Shown here: in pieces, positions 1 to 19,077 of the stretch
Layout: the number at the start of each line of letters is the position of its first letter
Numbering within the stretch: position 1 is the stretch's first letter
Assembly (NCBI RefSeq): GCF_902713615.1
Contig: NC_052168.1
Location: forward strand, 5,828,001 to 5,892,000
Length of the DNA: 64,000 bases
Origin: Scyliorhinus canicula
Lineage: Eukaryota
Reading direction: 5' to 3'
Made by a program: the position numbers and the translations under genes
The notes under the pieces: generated by a model
Database searches by the model: none
What the model saw: only the letters and a program-made list of their open reading frames with translations
What the model was told of the DNA's origin: nothing

Positions 1-96
1 AGTTGACTCCAGTAATTGTCCCTCTTTTGTATTTAGGCAAAAGATTAACTGCTGGAATTTCCATTCCAGTAACATTAATCAAACCCTTTTTTTCAG

Positions 97-1671
<1,575 letters not shown>

Positions 1672-2259
1672 ACTGACTGGGAAGAAGCTTATGGTGTCTA
1701 GTATCATATTTGTATCACTGAGACCTTTGGACCTGCCAGTTCATGTTGTACAGACAAGACTCCATTGTGGAAATCTATGAACGATATAAATAAATGCTTC
1801 AAAATGGAGTGTCTTTTGGCTCGGTGTTTTAAATAGCTGCATGTTGCAGTTTAATTGTGTCTACTGCATTGTTGACGGTCTAAATTTACCATAGATTCTT
1901 TTGCACCTTTATCCAGTGCCTCCTGACCAATATTTGGTACCAGATCCCCATGCTATGGGGGTTACTGTCAGAGCAGGGGGCTGTTAGTGATGCTTATTAT
2001 TTCCATTTTGCACCAAATGGCAATTCTTTTCAGGGTATTGCTGTTCCAATATTTGGGTTTGCTCTGGATGGATTTGCTTGGGCTTTATGTCACTAAATTA
2101 TTGGTGAAATTTCATGGCTGGGAGCAAGAGATCACATATTTTTTTAAAAAGGAAGCCATTCATTATGATCATAGCTAATCATCTGACTCCATACCCTTAT
2201 CCCACTTTCTTTCCAACACCCCCACAACAAATTTTGATCTCGACATACAATCACCATAT

Positions 2260-2581
2260 AATTTACAGTACAGAAGGAGGCCATTCAGCCCTTCAAGTCT
2301 GCACCGGCTCTTAGAAAGAGCACCCTACCCAGACCCATATCTCCACCCTATCCCCAGTAACCCCACCCAACACTTAGGGCAATTTTGGATACTAAGGGCA
2401 ATTTAGCATAGCCAATCCACCTAACCTGTACATCTTTGGACTGTGGGAGGAAACCGGAGCACCTGGAGGGAAATGCACACACTGGGAGAATGTGCTGACT
2501 CCGCACAGAGTGACCCAAGCCGGAATCGAACCTGGGACCCTGGAGCTGTGAAGCAAATTGTGCTAGCTACTGTGCTGCCCT
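2260..2581 (-). mobile_element. HE1/V-SINE-like tRNA-derived SINE
   Basis: Reverse complement of GGGCAGCAC...GGTTCGATTCC head, V-domain (GGTGCTCCGGTTTCCTCCCACAGTCCAAAGA) and CR1-like tail. Confidence 0.85.
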
Positions 2582-2589
2582 TATGTTTT

Positions 2590-3010
2590 AGCCACAGGCC
2601 AACCATTCTTGGGTCAGAAATTTCTCATCGGTCTTAAATGGTTTGCCCTATATCCTTCTGGACACCCCCACCATCAGGAGCATTTACCCCCCCCCCCCCC
2701 CCAACATCTGAACTAACCAATTATCTCCTTGTACATCAATCCCACCATTCCAGCAATCAGTCTGTGCTTCCATGAGGTCAAGAACATCCTTCCTCCAAAG
2801 AGGAGACTAAAGCTGAACACGAGTGTGGCCTCGCATTCCCTCTATAATTGCAGCAAAACAAGAGGTCTCTGAGCCTCTCGCTATGAAGACCAACATACCA
2901 TTTGCTTTCCTTACCTTCCTGCTCACCTTCAGTGACTGGTGTACAAAGACTCCCAGGTCTCATTGACACATTCCCCTCTCCAAATTTATGGCCATTCAGA
3001 TAATGATCAC
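2590..3010 (-). mobile_element. Degenerate CR1 LINE fragment
   Basis: Minus-strand translation YLNGHKFGEG...ARPHSCS resembles the CR1 ORF2 C-terminus; heavily frameshifted. Confidence 0.55.
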
Positions 3011-3548
3011 TCTCTGAAACCACCTGTCCTGTAGTTGCATCTTTCCTGGATTCTGCTAAGCCTCCTTGAGCAGAGGAGCAAGTTGCAGCAACATGGACCG
3101 GGGTTCTGGGAACTCGCTGAGCTCTTGTTAAAAAGGAATTGCAACTGGGTCATGAGCAACACTGCCTGGAATGTCACAATCACCACTGACCTCGTGAGGG
3201 GGAAAAAGTGCTGATTCCTGGTGGGAGAAGGTCGAACTTTGATCTTGAAAATCTGTGCCTGGATTCCCAATTGTGTAAAAGTTTCCAAACTGTAATTGAG
3301 CAAAACCTGAGGAAGGGAATGTTCTCAATGCAAAGCAAGTTAAATATTTTACAATAAAACTGCTGCATCCAAATTTGTAAAGCCCAATAACAGAAGCTCC
3401 TCCATAAATGTATCGATTTGCATTTAATCTTGTGCATTTGTATAGGATAGGAACCAAAGAACTTCATTGCTCTCCTTCAAACCCGATTATTTAAGCTTTA
3501 CAGTTATCAGTACATTTTAGAATCTTAGCTGAGAACTGCAATGAATCA

Positions 3549-3881
3549 TAGAATTTACAGTGCAGAAGGAGGCCATTCGGCCCAGCGAGTCTGCACCGAC
3601 TCTTGGAAAGAGCACCCTACCCAAGGTCCACACCTCCACCCTGTCCCCATAACCCAATAACCCCACCCAACCCTAAGGGCAATTTTGGACACTAAGGGCA
3701 ATTTATCATGGTCAATCCACCTAACCTGCACATCTTTGGACTGTGGGAGGAAACCGGAAACCCACGCACACGCGGGGAGAATGTGAAGACGCCGCACAGA
3801 CAGTGACCCTAGCCGGAATCGAACCTGGGACCCTGGAGCTGTGAAGCAATTATGCTATCCACAATGCTACCGTGCTGCCCT
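3549..3881 (-). mobile_element. HE1/V-SINE-like SINE
   Basis: Full-length copy of the same SINE consensus. Confidence 0.88.
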
Positions 3882-4380
3882 GTTAATACCGTGTTAATAT
3901 CTTTGCATCTCTCAAGTTTCCAGGAAAATCCACAAAACGTAAAGGATGATTCTTCCCCACCGTCCCTATTCCCCACAGGCTGTGGTACTGAATTATAAGC
4001 ATTTCCTGAGGAAAGGATCAATCAGTATTTCCCTCAAAACCAGTTACCACAGGCCTTCATCAAAATCTCTGGTGTCCATTTGAGTGACCATGTGATGTCC
4101 CTCAGTTTGGACAAAGCCCTTTGTGACCACAGGACAGTCGCTGCATCTCGGATCCTTTTTCACCAGAATCGGTGTAAATACCCGGATACACTTTCTCTTC
4201 AGGTGGGTCAACTGTGCCCATCGGTGACATCTCTCCCGAGAGGCTCATGCCTGTAGTGTAACTGGTGGCTCCGGATGTGAGTCACTGCCACCTCCATCCG
4301 ACCCATCGGAACCAGAGTTCGAGTCCAAGGGAACACCTCTCACCCCCTAATCCAGGACTGATCCACTTCTGTGATGAAAC
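3882..4380 (-). repeat. Ferritin-unit companion sequence, copy a (further pieces near 1960-2180 and 3020-3545)
   Basis: Aligns by eye with 37400-37980, 41960-42540, 47150-47550 and 53440-53995. Confidence 0.75.
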
Positions 4381-4381
4381 T

Positions 4382-4544
4382 GGGGGCACGATTTAACGGC
4401 AAAAAAACCCCAGAGGCGTGATTCTCACATTGGGCGGATAAGTGTCGATGCCGGCGTAAAAACAGGAGTGTTTTACTCCGCCGTCGGCGCCCGTTCCAGG
4501 ACCCCATTCTCCGGCCCACAGGGGGCTAGCACGGCGCTGGAGCG
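4382..4544. mobile_element. End of a GC-rich MITE-like element fused to a truncated ferritin exon 3
   Basis: GGGGGCACGATTTAACGGCAAAAAAA is close to the reverse complement of the element end near 21470-21492 (TTTTTTCACGTTAAATCGCGCCC). Confidence 0.55.
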
Positions 4545-4994
<450 letters not shown>

Positions 4995-5318
4995 CTGACT
5001 TGTCATTCTATACCTGATGATGTTGTGTCCAATGTTTCTGTGCTACATTCTTTTGTTTTTGTCTTAAAAAAAATATATCATTTTGAGCTGATTGTTTCAG
5101 GAGTTCATTTGATTTGAATCCTGATTTCCTAGCTTTTTATGGGACTGAGGAAAAAGAGGTGGTGGGAATCTGGAACTCTCTTGTTTAAAGTGCTGGAAAA
5201 TGGGATTAGAATACTTGATTTCTTTGAGGGCTGTTGCTCTCGGCGTCTGACTTTTTAAATGTCCCTCCTGTCCAAGCTGATTTACTTATGTCCACTCCAA
5301 AGCTTGTAGGGTGTCCAC

Positions 5319-5790
5319 TGTGGTGATATGCATCACTGTAAATACACAAGGGGTTAATGTAAATACACGTAGACTAGATAGACACTAGAGGGAGCTTCAG
5401 AGACATGACACACAGATATTCAACCAATAGGCCAGTAAGATAGGACACGACCAATGGGCATTCACGATACACACAGAGGTGACACTACCACAGGAGGGCA
5501 TTACACCAACCCATATAAAAGGACACAGCACACATGATCTTTCTCTTTCCAGTGGAGACACTCAGTGAGTACACAGGGTTGTGAACACATCACACCCACC
5601 ACGTGGATTGTAGCAGACTGGTTCGTCAGTCTGAGTAGCGATAGCAGGATTAACAGGAGAGTCGAATCCAAGAAGGAGAATTGTTAACAGTTTAATAAAG
5701 GTGTTGAAGCTATCTCCAAGCCTGGACCTTCCTTTGTCAGAGTGCCCATCAAGGAAGCAGCTTATGCTACGTCAAGAGCATAACAAAACA
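5319..5790 (+). mobile_element. Solo LTR (family 1)
   Basis: TG...CA ends, TCCAC 5-bp TSD (5314-5318 and 5791-5795), internal TATAAAA and AATAAA. Second copy at 20049-20884. Confidence 0.88.
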
Positions 5791-6679
5791 TCCACTCCAA
5801 AGCTTGTAGGGGCTTCTGCAAACCTCACGGCTGATGGGGTCTCTAGCACCTCCGCTTTGCCGTGACGCTGTAAGATATTTGACAAGGGCACTAACTCCTT
5901 CACTTGGATTGAGGAAGGAGGAGTACACTGAGTACTAGGCACTATTGCCCTCTGTGAAGGAGTCTCGGCAGTTTCAAAATAGGTCACCTGCCAGCTGCAC
6001 AGAAGAGATTCTTTGGAGAATTGTGAATCCTAGTAAAGGAGTAGTGGGGGCTGGGTCCTGTTCGAGTCCTCGGCTTATCTAGAACTTGAGGGAAACAATA
6101 CACAGCTATCTGACTGTACTGTACTTTACCCTCCCTACCCTCCCTACCCTCCCTCTCATGAGACCAGACAAAGACTGAGTTAAACTAGTCTTTATTTACA
6201 AGATATCGAGTGAGCTATTGGCATTCTAATTAGGACACCAAAAAGTCTAGATTCCAAAATGATACTTTGAGACTTAATTACAACATATTAGCATATATCA
6301 CTTACTAGTCATGAGGGTGCATCATGCATAGTATGAGAATACTTAACCCATCACATTAAAGGACTGCATGCTTAACTGAACTATCCAATCATTACAAAGG
6401 CACGTATGTTGCAGTTAGTGATACGCGTGGTCTGATATCTGAGTGTAGCCATTAAATCATCTTTCTCCACGCCCCCCCCCCCCCATTGTTATCAGCATAC
6501 TTACTGAGACCATCACAATGGTACTTGTTACAGGGTGTAGAATAGACCTTGAATTGTAATGTATGCAGTTTCACAGGCTTCTCAGATACTGTCCTTGTAA
6601 TATCTGATACATGTAGCAGTTCCATAGTCTGAAATTGAAGAATTCCAAGGATGCCAAAATTGACCTCTTCGTTTTACAA

Positions 6680-6960
6680 TAATAATCTTTTAGTTTCACA
6701 AGTAGACTTGCATAAGACAACAGTGAAGTTACTGTGTAAATCCACTAGTCGGCACACCGCCTGCTCAGGTAATGCCCAATTCACCTAACAGCCTGTCTTT
6801 TGGGATTTGTGGGAGGAAACCGGAGCACCCGGAGGAAACCCACGCAGACACGAGGAGAACGTGCAGACTTCACACAGACAGTGACCCAGGCTGGGAATCG
6901 AACCTGGGACCCTGGCGCTGTTACGCAACAGTGCTAACTGCTGTGCTACTGTGCCGCCCA
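6680..6960 (-). mobile_element. tRNA-derived SINE (V-SINE variant)
   Basis: V-domain and tRNA-like head on the minus strand. Confidence 0.75.
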
Positions 6961-6964
6961 TGAA

Positions 6965-7177
6965 GATTGGCTGCTCTTGTCAAAGGCCAGGTGCCCATCT
7001 TTCTGGCACAGAATCCACAGCGTTCACTCACCCATCTCACCAAGCACCACCTGCCAAACCGGTGACAGAGTCTGTGGATCCACGATGGGACTATTCACCC
7101 ACCACACAACCCACCTCCTCGGAGTGGAAGCAAATCTTCCTCAACACTGAGACTGACCAAAAGGAAGAAGAAGAATG
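6965..7177 (+). mobile_element. RTE-like LINE 3' end remnant
   Basis: Degenerate C-terminal zinc-knuckle-like coding (…DRVCGS…GLFTH…) followed by GGAGTGGAAGCAA and a (GAA)n tail. Confidence 0.5.
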
Positions 7178-7744
7178 AGTTTGCACAGAACAGCCTTGCA
7201 TTCTCTCCAGTGTAGAAGAGTAAGCGATGATTATAATTGAGGTATTCGGGATGATGAATAGATCTGATGGGATCGCTATGATTGAACAGGAAGACGTGGG
7301 CTGACATGGGACGAGGCACAAATCACAGCACAAGACAGGACCTGATGCAGGAACATTGTTACAGCTTCATATCCCACCGGGGACACGGAGGATAACTATA
7401 GCGTGGAGAGAGAAACCATCTCCTCTTGTGGGGTGGTCCAGGATAGGGGCAGCATGGCATTAATATTAGAGCGGGTTGTTCATGGAGGGTGTTAGGGAGA
7501 CACATCTTTATACAAAGAATGGAAATCTTGGGCCATTCAAACATTTCCAAATCGAGATTGCTAGCTATTTGTTAGCTCAGCTTATGAAGGGATATGGAAT
7601 CAAGGCAGATTAAATGAGTTAAAATGATGGTCAGCCATGATCAAATTCAATGGTGGAATAGGCTCGAAGGGATGATTGGCCTCCTCTAGTCCCAATTTTC
7701 CAATCACATTAAAACCACCTAACCCTGTCTGCATTCCACTGATG

Positions 7745-7879
7745 TGATTGGCTCTGGATAACACTCCCCCACTCCCTCACCTAAATTGGTCTCTTTGCAG
7801 ATTCCTGATTGGCTATCGGGAAATGTCAATCATCATTGGTGATGTCGTTCCCTGTTAGGATGTCCCAGTTGTATAAATA
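7745..7879 (+). promoter_or_regulatory. Ferritin gene 1 promoter
   Basis: Several ATTGG (inverted CCAAT) boxes; TATAAATA 7872-7879. Has a 7-bp deletion (TGAATGC) relative to the other copies. Confidence 0.8.
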
Positions 7880-7933
7880 CAAGAGCTGGTGGTAGGGAGA
7901 GTTAGTCTGAGAACAGTGATAGCAATAGTCAAG

Positions 7934-10193
<2,260 letters not shown>

Positions 10194-10774
10194 CGAGGAT
10201 TGCAGAATTAATGAGGAAAAGCTGGATCCAATTTTGTGCTCTATCTTTATTGCTGTATTTGTATTAAAAAAATATAGAGCTGAACTTGTTTTTTCCTTTG
10301 TGTAAATCAGTAACTGATTTCATGGTGTTTTTTTTTTTTTTGCTAAATCTTCAACACGCTCTTTGAATTTCCAGTCCAGCTTCCTGAACTTGTTGCTGCC
10401 CAGGATAATGACAATTGTACTTCAGAAACATGTCGGACTTAAATGCAAATGTGGTTTCCTTGTGCTATTGTGGGAACACATTAATAAATGTCTTACTTGA
10501 CCCTTTAATTCAGTGTGGTGAATCTCTGATTCTGGGGGGGAAGACCTCCTGGTATTCACAAATCATGTACTAGACTGTCTCACACACCACTTGGTTTTTT
10601 TTTATAAGTGAGGATTGTCACATGCATCTAAAAGGATTAATCCAGCAGGTTTATTACCCCTCAAGACTCTTTGGGTAAGTAAACACTGTTTGAATCAGCT
10701 AAACCATTCTATATTCCAAGGTGTAATCTTTCTTCACTATCCAAGCTGATGGGGATTAAACACTTCCTGCCACT

Positions 10775-11680
10775 CCACCTAACCTGTTCATCTTTGGACT
10801 CTGGGAGGAAACCAGAGCACTCTGATGGAAAACCCACACAGACACGGAGAATGTGCAAACTCCTTACAGCCACCTGAGCTTGGAATTAGACATGGGTCCC
10901 TGGCAATGTCAGGCAGCAGTGCTAACCACTATGCTATCTGATTCCTTTACTGACTAAAAATCTATCTCAGCCTTGAACATAATGACCCAGTTTTACAACT
11001 CTGTTGCAAAGAATTCTACAGATTCACTAATTCTCCAAGAAGAAATTCCTCCTTGTCTCAATCTGAAATGGGTGACTCCTACCTGAGATTATGCCCTCTG
11101 ATCCTGGAGTCTTCCCACAAGTGAAAGACAATCTCTCCGCCTCTATCTTCTCCAGCCCTCTGAGAATCTTCTGCTTCAGCAAGGTCACCTCTCATTCTTC
11201 GCTCAAATGAGTACCGGTCCAACCTGTGTAACCTTTCATAAGAAAATCCCTCCATACCCAGGATCATCCTTGTGAACCTTATCTGGGCTGCCTCCAATGC
11301 CTGTATATGTTTCCTTGGTTAAGGAGACTGAACTGTTCACCGTTTTCCCGGTTATCCCAAGTGTGGTCTAACTAATGCCTTGCAAGACTTTCCTATTTTT
11401 GTACTCCATTCCCTTTGAAATAAAGACCAACGTTCCATTACCTTCCCAATTACCTGCTGAGCTTGCATGTTGGGTTTTGTGATTGATGCACGAGCACCCC
11501 CCCCCCCTCATTCCCAGATCCCTCTGTGATGCAGCTTTCTGCAGTCTTTCCCCATTTAAATAATATTCAGCTTCTTTATTCTTCCTACCAAAGTGGAAAA
11601 CTTCACATTCTGCTACATTATGTCCCAACATGATGTCCCATCAGCCACGTTTCTGCCCAATCATTTAACCTGTCTCAGTC
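10775..11680 (-). mobile_element. SINE (~10775-10935) plus degenerate CR1 LINE 3' part (~10935-11680)
   Basis: Minus-strand CEVFHFGRKNKEAEYYLNGERL and AQIRFTRMILGMEGFSYERL are CR1 ORF2 motifs. Confidence 0.75.
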
Positions 11681-12361
11681 TCGTTCGGGTCAGTGATGTG
11701 ACGATTCATTGTGTGGACGTTTTAGACCAACCCCCCCCCCCCCCCACCCACCCAATAGTTTCTTCAATGAATTCATTAACATGGATCCAATTTGGCTCAC
11801 ATTCCAGATGGTGACATTTCCATTTCCACACTCAAATGGGATATATTGTGAAGTTCGGATTCTCAGAAAATACACAGTCAGATTCAGTTTGAGGAAAGTC
11901 AAAGAAGCCGATCACAACCACGTCACTGACAAAGCTCCACGTAATAGATTATTCGGAAAATAGCAATTGGATGCAACCTTGAGACATTGTTGGGAATGGG
12001 GTTGGCTCGAGAAGACAGGGTCGGGATAATGGGTGCTCACTCCAATTGGCAAGATGGGACTAGACATCTCCCTAGGAATCTGTACAGGAACCTCCACTTT
12101 TCACGATCATTATGAATGACATTGCCAAAGGAATAGGGAGCCATATATTCAAATTTGATGATGGCAGAGATAAGAGGCACAGTAAATATCATTAATGGGG
12201 GGGGCAGGGGGAGAGAGCTGGCAGCGGACATTGATAGTTCAACGTGAGCAAGTGTGATGTCATCCACTTAGAATCAAGAAAGATAATTCAGAACGTTCAC
12301 CAAATGTTGAGGAGCTAGGAGGAAGCGCGGGAGTTGGGGGGTGGGGGAATACAGGAAAAGA

Positions 12362-12740
12362 ATAATCTTTTATTGTCACAAGTATGAAGTTACTGTGAAA
12401 AGCCCCTAGTCGCCACATTTCGGCTCCTGTTCGGGTAAGCTGGGACGGGAATTGAACCCGCGCTGCTGGCCTTGTTCTGCATTGCATACCAGCTGTCTAG
12501 TCCACTGAGCTAAACCGGCCCTGTTCGGGTACACTGAGGGAGAATTCAGAATGTCCAATTCACCCAACAAGCACGTCTTTCGGGACTTGTGGGAGGAAAT
12601 CGGAGCGCCCGGAGGAAACCCACGCAGACACGGGGAGAACGTGCCGACTCCACCACAGACAGTGACCCAAGCCGGGAATTGAACCCAGGTTCCTGGCTGT
12701 GTGAAGTAGCAGAGCTAACCATGCGCTAACATGCCACCAA
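12362..12740 (-). mobile_element. Nested/adjacent tRNA SINEs
   Basis: Short SINE 12362-12520 abutting a V-domain SINE 12520-12740. Confidence 0.7.
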
Positions 12741-12939
12741 TGTAGATGAATTGTAAATCTCTCTGCTTCAGGCCACATAGTCAGGGGAGGTGGTAACAAG
12801 CCGACCCACGACCTCCAGGCTGTGAAAGTAATCAGGCCAATGGACAACAAAGTTGGAACAAGCTTGAAGGGCTGAATGGCCCCTTGCTATATTGTAATCA
12901 CAGCATCATCAATCAAACCTGCCTGTGTCCCAATGCTCT

Positions 12940-13086
12940 GCTTGGCTCTTGGTATCACAATCTAACCCCCCTCCCGTATTGGTGCCTGGATTCATGGCCG
13001 CTTCCTGATTGGCTATCAGGGATTGTCAATCATCATTGGTGATGTCATTCCCTGTTTGAATGCAGGATGTCCCAGTTGTATAAATA
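12940..13086 (+). promoter_or_regulatory. Ferritin gene 2 promoter
   Basis: CTGATTGGCTATCAGGGATTGTCAATCATCATTGGTGATGTCA...; TATAAATA 13079-13086. Confidence 0.82.
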
Positions 13087-13146
13087 CAAGAGCTGGTGTT
13101 AGGAAGGGTCAGTTCTAGAACTGTCTAGGTGATAGTAGCAGTGAAG

Positions 13147-15601
<2,455 letters not shown>

Positions 15602-15709
15602 CTGAGATTTGGGAAGCCCGCTTGAGCGATTTGGTTGTGACTAATTTTCTCCTGAGTAATATGGAATAAAAATGTTGTTGAGTTGAGTTGTTTTGTTTGT
15701 CATTAATTA

Positions 15710-16110
15710 CCGAGCACTAGTTTACCAGGCTGATTCCTGGGGTGGCAGGACTGTCACATAAGAGACTAAGTCAGTTAGGATTATATTTCACTGGAGTTCT
15801 GAATGAGGGGATCTTATAGAAACTTAGCAGATGGGGTAGATTCAGAAAGAGTGTTGGGGCTGGGCCCAGAAATAAGGGTCATAGTTTGAGGATAAGGGGG
15901 GAACTTTTTCAGAGTGAGGAAAAACTTCTGTGGCATTCACTACCATGAGTAGTGGAGGTGAATGTTGTATAATTTCAAGAAAGAATTAGATACAGCTCTT
16001 GGGGCTAAAGGGAGTGAGGAATATTGGGAGGGGGAAGGTGGGGATCAGCGTAGTGAGCCTATGATCATACTGAATGGCAGAGCAGGCTTGAAGGGCCAAA
16101 TGGCCTCCTC
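15710..16110 (+). mobile_element. Degenerate CR1 3' fragment
   Basis: FTRLIPG-like coding and CR1 3' tail (GCTTGAAGGGCCAAATGGCCTCCT). Confidence 0.6.
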
Positions 16111-16310
16111 TTGCTTTGGTGTTTGGTTCAATTTACAAGTTAGTGTGGGGACTTTGCATCTAGTCCATAACAATTCCTGATCCAGGGTGATTTTCTCAGA
16201 GGGGTGAGGTAGTGTACTCACTCCTGGTCTTCATTCCGGTGTGTAAGTCAGTGTTCAGCTTAATATCGCAAATTGCTCACTGGCTTTGGGCTGAATATAC
16301 AGTGTGAACC

Positions 16311-16655
16311 TCAGCACGGTAGCATTGTGGATAGCACAATCGCTTCACAGCTCCAGGGTCCCAGGTTCGATTCTGGCTTGGGTCACTGTCTGTGCGGAGT
16401 CTGCACATCCTCCCTGTGTGTGCGTGGGTTTCCTCCGGGTGCTCCGGTTTCCTCCCACAGTCCAAAGATGTGCAGGTTAGGTGGATTGGACATGATAAAT
16501 TGCCCTTAGTGTCCAAAATTGCCCTTAGTGTTGGGTGGGGCTACTGGGTTATGGGGATAGGGTGGAGACGTTAACCTTCGGTAGGGTGCTCTTTCCAGGA
16601 GCCGGTGCAGACTCGATGGGTTAAATGGCCTCCATCTGCACTGTAAATTCTATGA
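16311..16655 (+). mobile_element. HE1/V-SINE-like SINE
   Basis: Near full-length consensus match. Confidence 0.88.
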
Positions 16656-17022
16656 AATTTGGATTCTTGTGTCAGACCAGGTCAGTTTCTCTAAACTGTC
16701 TTCTCTTTCATATTTTCAATTCTTTCCTGAGCATGCCACCCATAATGGTCTGGCCTCCATGTCACATGACCATAATGCCACGGTCTCCCTTTATAGCAGC
16801 CTTTCCCAAGTAAAGGCCTAATAATCACATGTGCAGTCAACAGATCCAGAAACAAACACTGAATTTAATGACCCCAAGTTTATTCTGCAGTATGGTAGGA
16901 TATACCACCTTGTCTTATGACCGTTCCTTTGAGGCATCTCCATCGATTATTGACCAACCTCAATTATTGACAAGCAAGCACTCGATATTTCAGACATTTG
17001 GGGTGACATTCTTCATTAGCTG

Positions 17023-18757
17023 ACGGCAATGTGATTGGGCGGAGAATAGCTTCCGATGCCAAATTCGCGAAACACCTGGAACACGGTGTCAATGCGTTTC
17101 ACTCCACATGTACAGTAGACACTGTTTGCCCATCATTAGCGGGCACGACCCAGTTTTCTCTGGGGCCTCCATGATTCTCCGCCTCTGGTGGGCCCAGTTC
17201 CCGATGGCGTGGTTCACTTGTGCTTTTACAAATGGTGAAACCGACGTGGCAGTAACTGGGGGAGAGAGAGGGGGTACAGAAAGTGTCCAACATCAGCGTA
17301 GTTTGCTGAAAGTTGTGCCTTTGGCCTGGGGGGTGGATGGACACGGAACACCATTACCGTAGCCGGCAAGGCAGCCATGCAGCAGCGCACACAGCCGCTA
17401 ACAGCCCACTGTGAACCTGGTGCCATGGGTCATATAGGTGTCGCCCAGGGCACCCTTTGGGTGCTCTCTGGCCCCAGCTGACCCATCAGCTGTATGAGCG
17501 CACTCCAACACAACCAGTGCCATCTTGTTGGCTGGGATGAGTGTGTGTGGGGAGTGTAGAGTGTGTGTGGGGAGTGTAATGTGTGTGTGGGGAGTGTAGT
17601 GTGTGGGGAGTGTAATGTGTGTGTGCGGCTGGGATGAGTGTGTGTGGGGAGTGTAATGTGTGGGTGCGGCTGGGATGAGTGTGTGTGTGGGGAGTGTAAT
17701 GTGTGTGTGCGGCTGGGATGAGTGTGTGTGGGGAGTGTAATGTGTGTGTGCGGCTGGGATGAGTGTGTGTGGGGAGTGTAATGTGTGTGTGTGGCTGGGA
17801 TGAGTGTGTGTGGGGAGTGTAATGTGTGTGTGCGGCTGGGATGAGTGTGTGTGGGGAGTGTAATGTGTGTGTGGGGAGTGTAATGTGTGTGTGTGGGGAG
17901 TGTAATATGTGTGTGCGGCTGGGATGAATGTGTGTGGGGAGTGTAATGTGTGTGTGCGGCTGGGATGAGTGTGTGTGGGGAGTGTAATGTGTGTGGGGAG
18001 TGTAATGTGTGTGTGCGGCTGGGATGGGTGTGTGTGGGGAGTGTAATGTGTGTGTGCGGCTGGGATGAGTGTGTGTGGGGAGTGTAATGTGTGTGTGCGG
18101 CTGGGATGAGTGTGTGTGGGGAGTGTAATGTGTGTGTGGGGCTGGGATGAGTGTGTGTGGGGAGTGTAATGTGTGTGTGCGGCTGGGATGAGTGTGTGTG
18201 GGGAGTGTAATGTGTGTGTGTGGCTGGGATGAGTGTGTGTGGGGAGTGTAATGTGTGCGTGCGGCTGGGATGAGTATGTGTGGGGAGTGTAATGTGTGTG
18301 TGGCTGGGATGAGTGTGTATGGGGTGTGTAATGTGTGTGTGCGGCTGGGATGAGTGTGTGTGGGGAGTGTAATGTGTGTGTGCGGCTGGGATGAGTGTGT
18401 GTGGGGAGTGTAATGTGTGTGCGGCTGGGATGGGTGTGTGTGGGGAGTGTAATGTGTGTGTGCGGCTGGGATGAGTGTGTGTGGGGAGTGTAATGTGTAT
18501 GTGCGGGGCTGGGATGAGTGTGTGTGGGGAGTGTAATGTGTATGTGCGGCTGCAACTTGTCAGCCTCCCGAGTGTCAATCACAGACCCGGCGAATCCGGC
18601 ACCGTTTCTCATTGGACTCGATTGTGTTCCACGTGGCGCCGGTGCCAGCCCCTCAACGGTAACGGAATCGATCCAGGTGCGGCGCCAATCTGTTGTGAAA
18701 GTCCACGGATTCGCCGTTGGCATCAACACTTAGTCTCAGGAACGGAGAATCCAGCCC
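17023..18757. mobile_element. GC-rich MITE-like element hosting a minisatellite
   Basis: CpG-rich flanks, ends CGGAGAATCCAGCCC; left end unclear. Confidence 0.4.
17530..18552. repeat. ~40-bp G/T-rich minisatellite (~25 units)
   Basis: Unit GGCTGGGATGAGTGTGTGTGGGGAGTGTAATGTGTGTGTGC with variable (TG)n length. Confidence 0.95.
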
Positions 18758-19077
18758 TTGATATTTCATTCCCGGATAAAATTGTTGCAATTGACTTGCA
18801 GAAGTTAACCGGAGTTTGACAGTTCTTCATTGCCATTGTTGTAAAACTCCTGTCACGCTTCATGGGTGAAGCAAGTTTGTGCGAAACTCTCCTTCGCAGT
18901 TACCTCCCACCTGCCGCAGATGAGGACATTCCCTGGGGCGGGTCTGGAGGTCAGTCTTTGAAACTATTCTGGCCAACATAGTCTATTCTGGAACACTAAA
19001 CCCCGCCAAATTGTCTATGAATTCTCCAAGAGATTGATGGTGAGCCTGATTATGTTTGTTGGCGTCTAGAATTGGCC

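Noticed and set aside
5869-6611. Possible additional LTR/TIR element (TGTAAGATATT...AATATCTGATACA)
   Set aside because: Ends are imperfect, no TSD, and only one copy in the window.
16311-16390. tRNA genes
   Set aside because: A/B-box heads belong to SINEs and run on into V-domains; no complete cloverleaf.
17530-18552. CRISPR-like array
   Set aside because: Eukaryotic context and no unique spacers.
17398-18729. 443-aa and 382-aa His/Thr/Pro-rich ORFs (possible metal-binding protein)
   Set aside because: They are translations of the minisatellite, open in several frames, with no gene signals.
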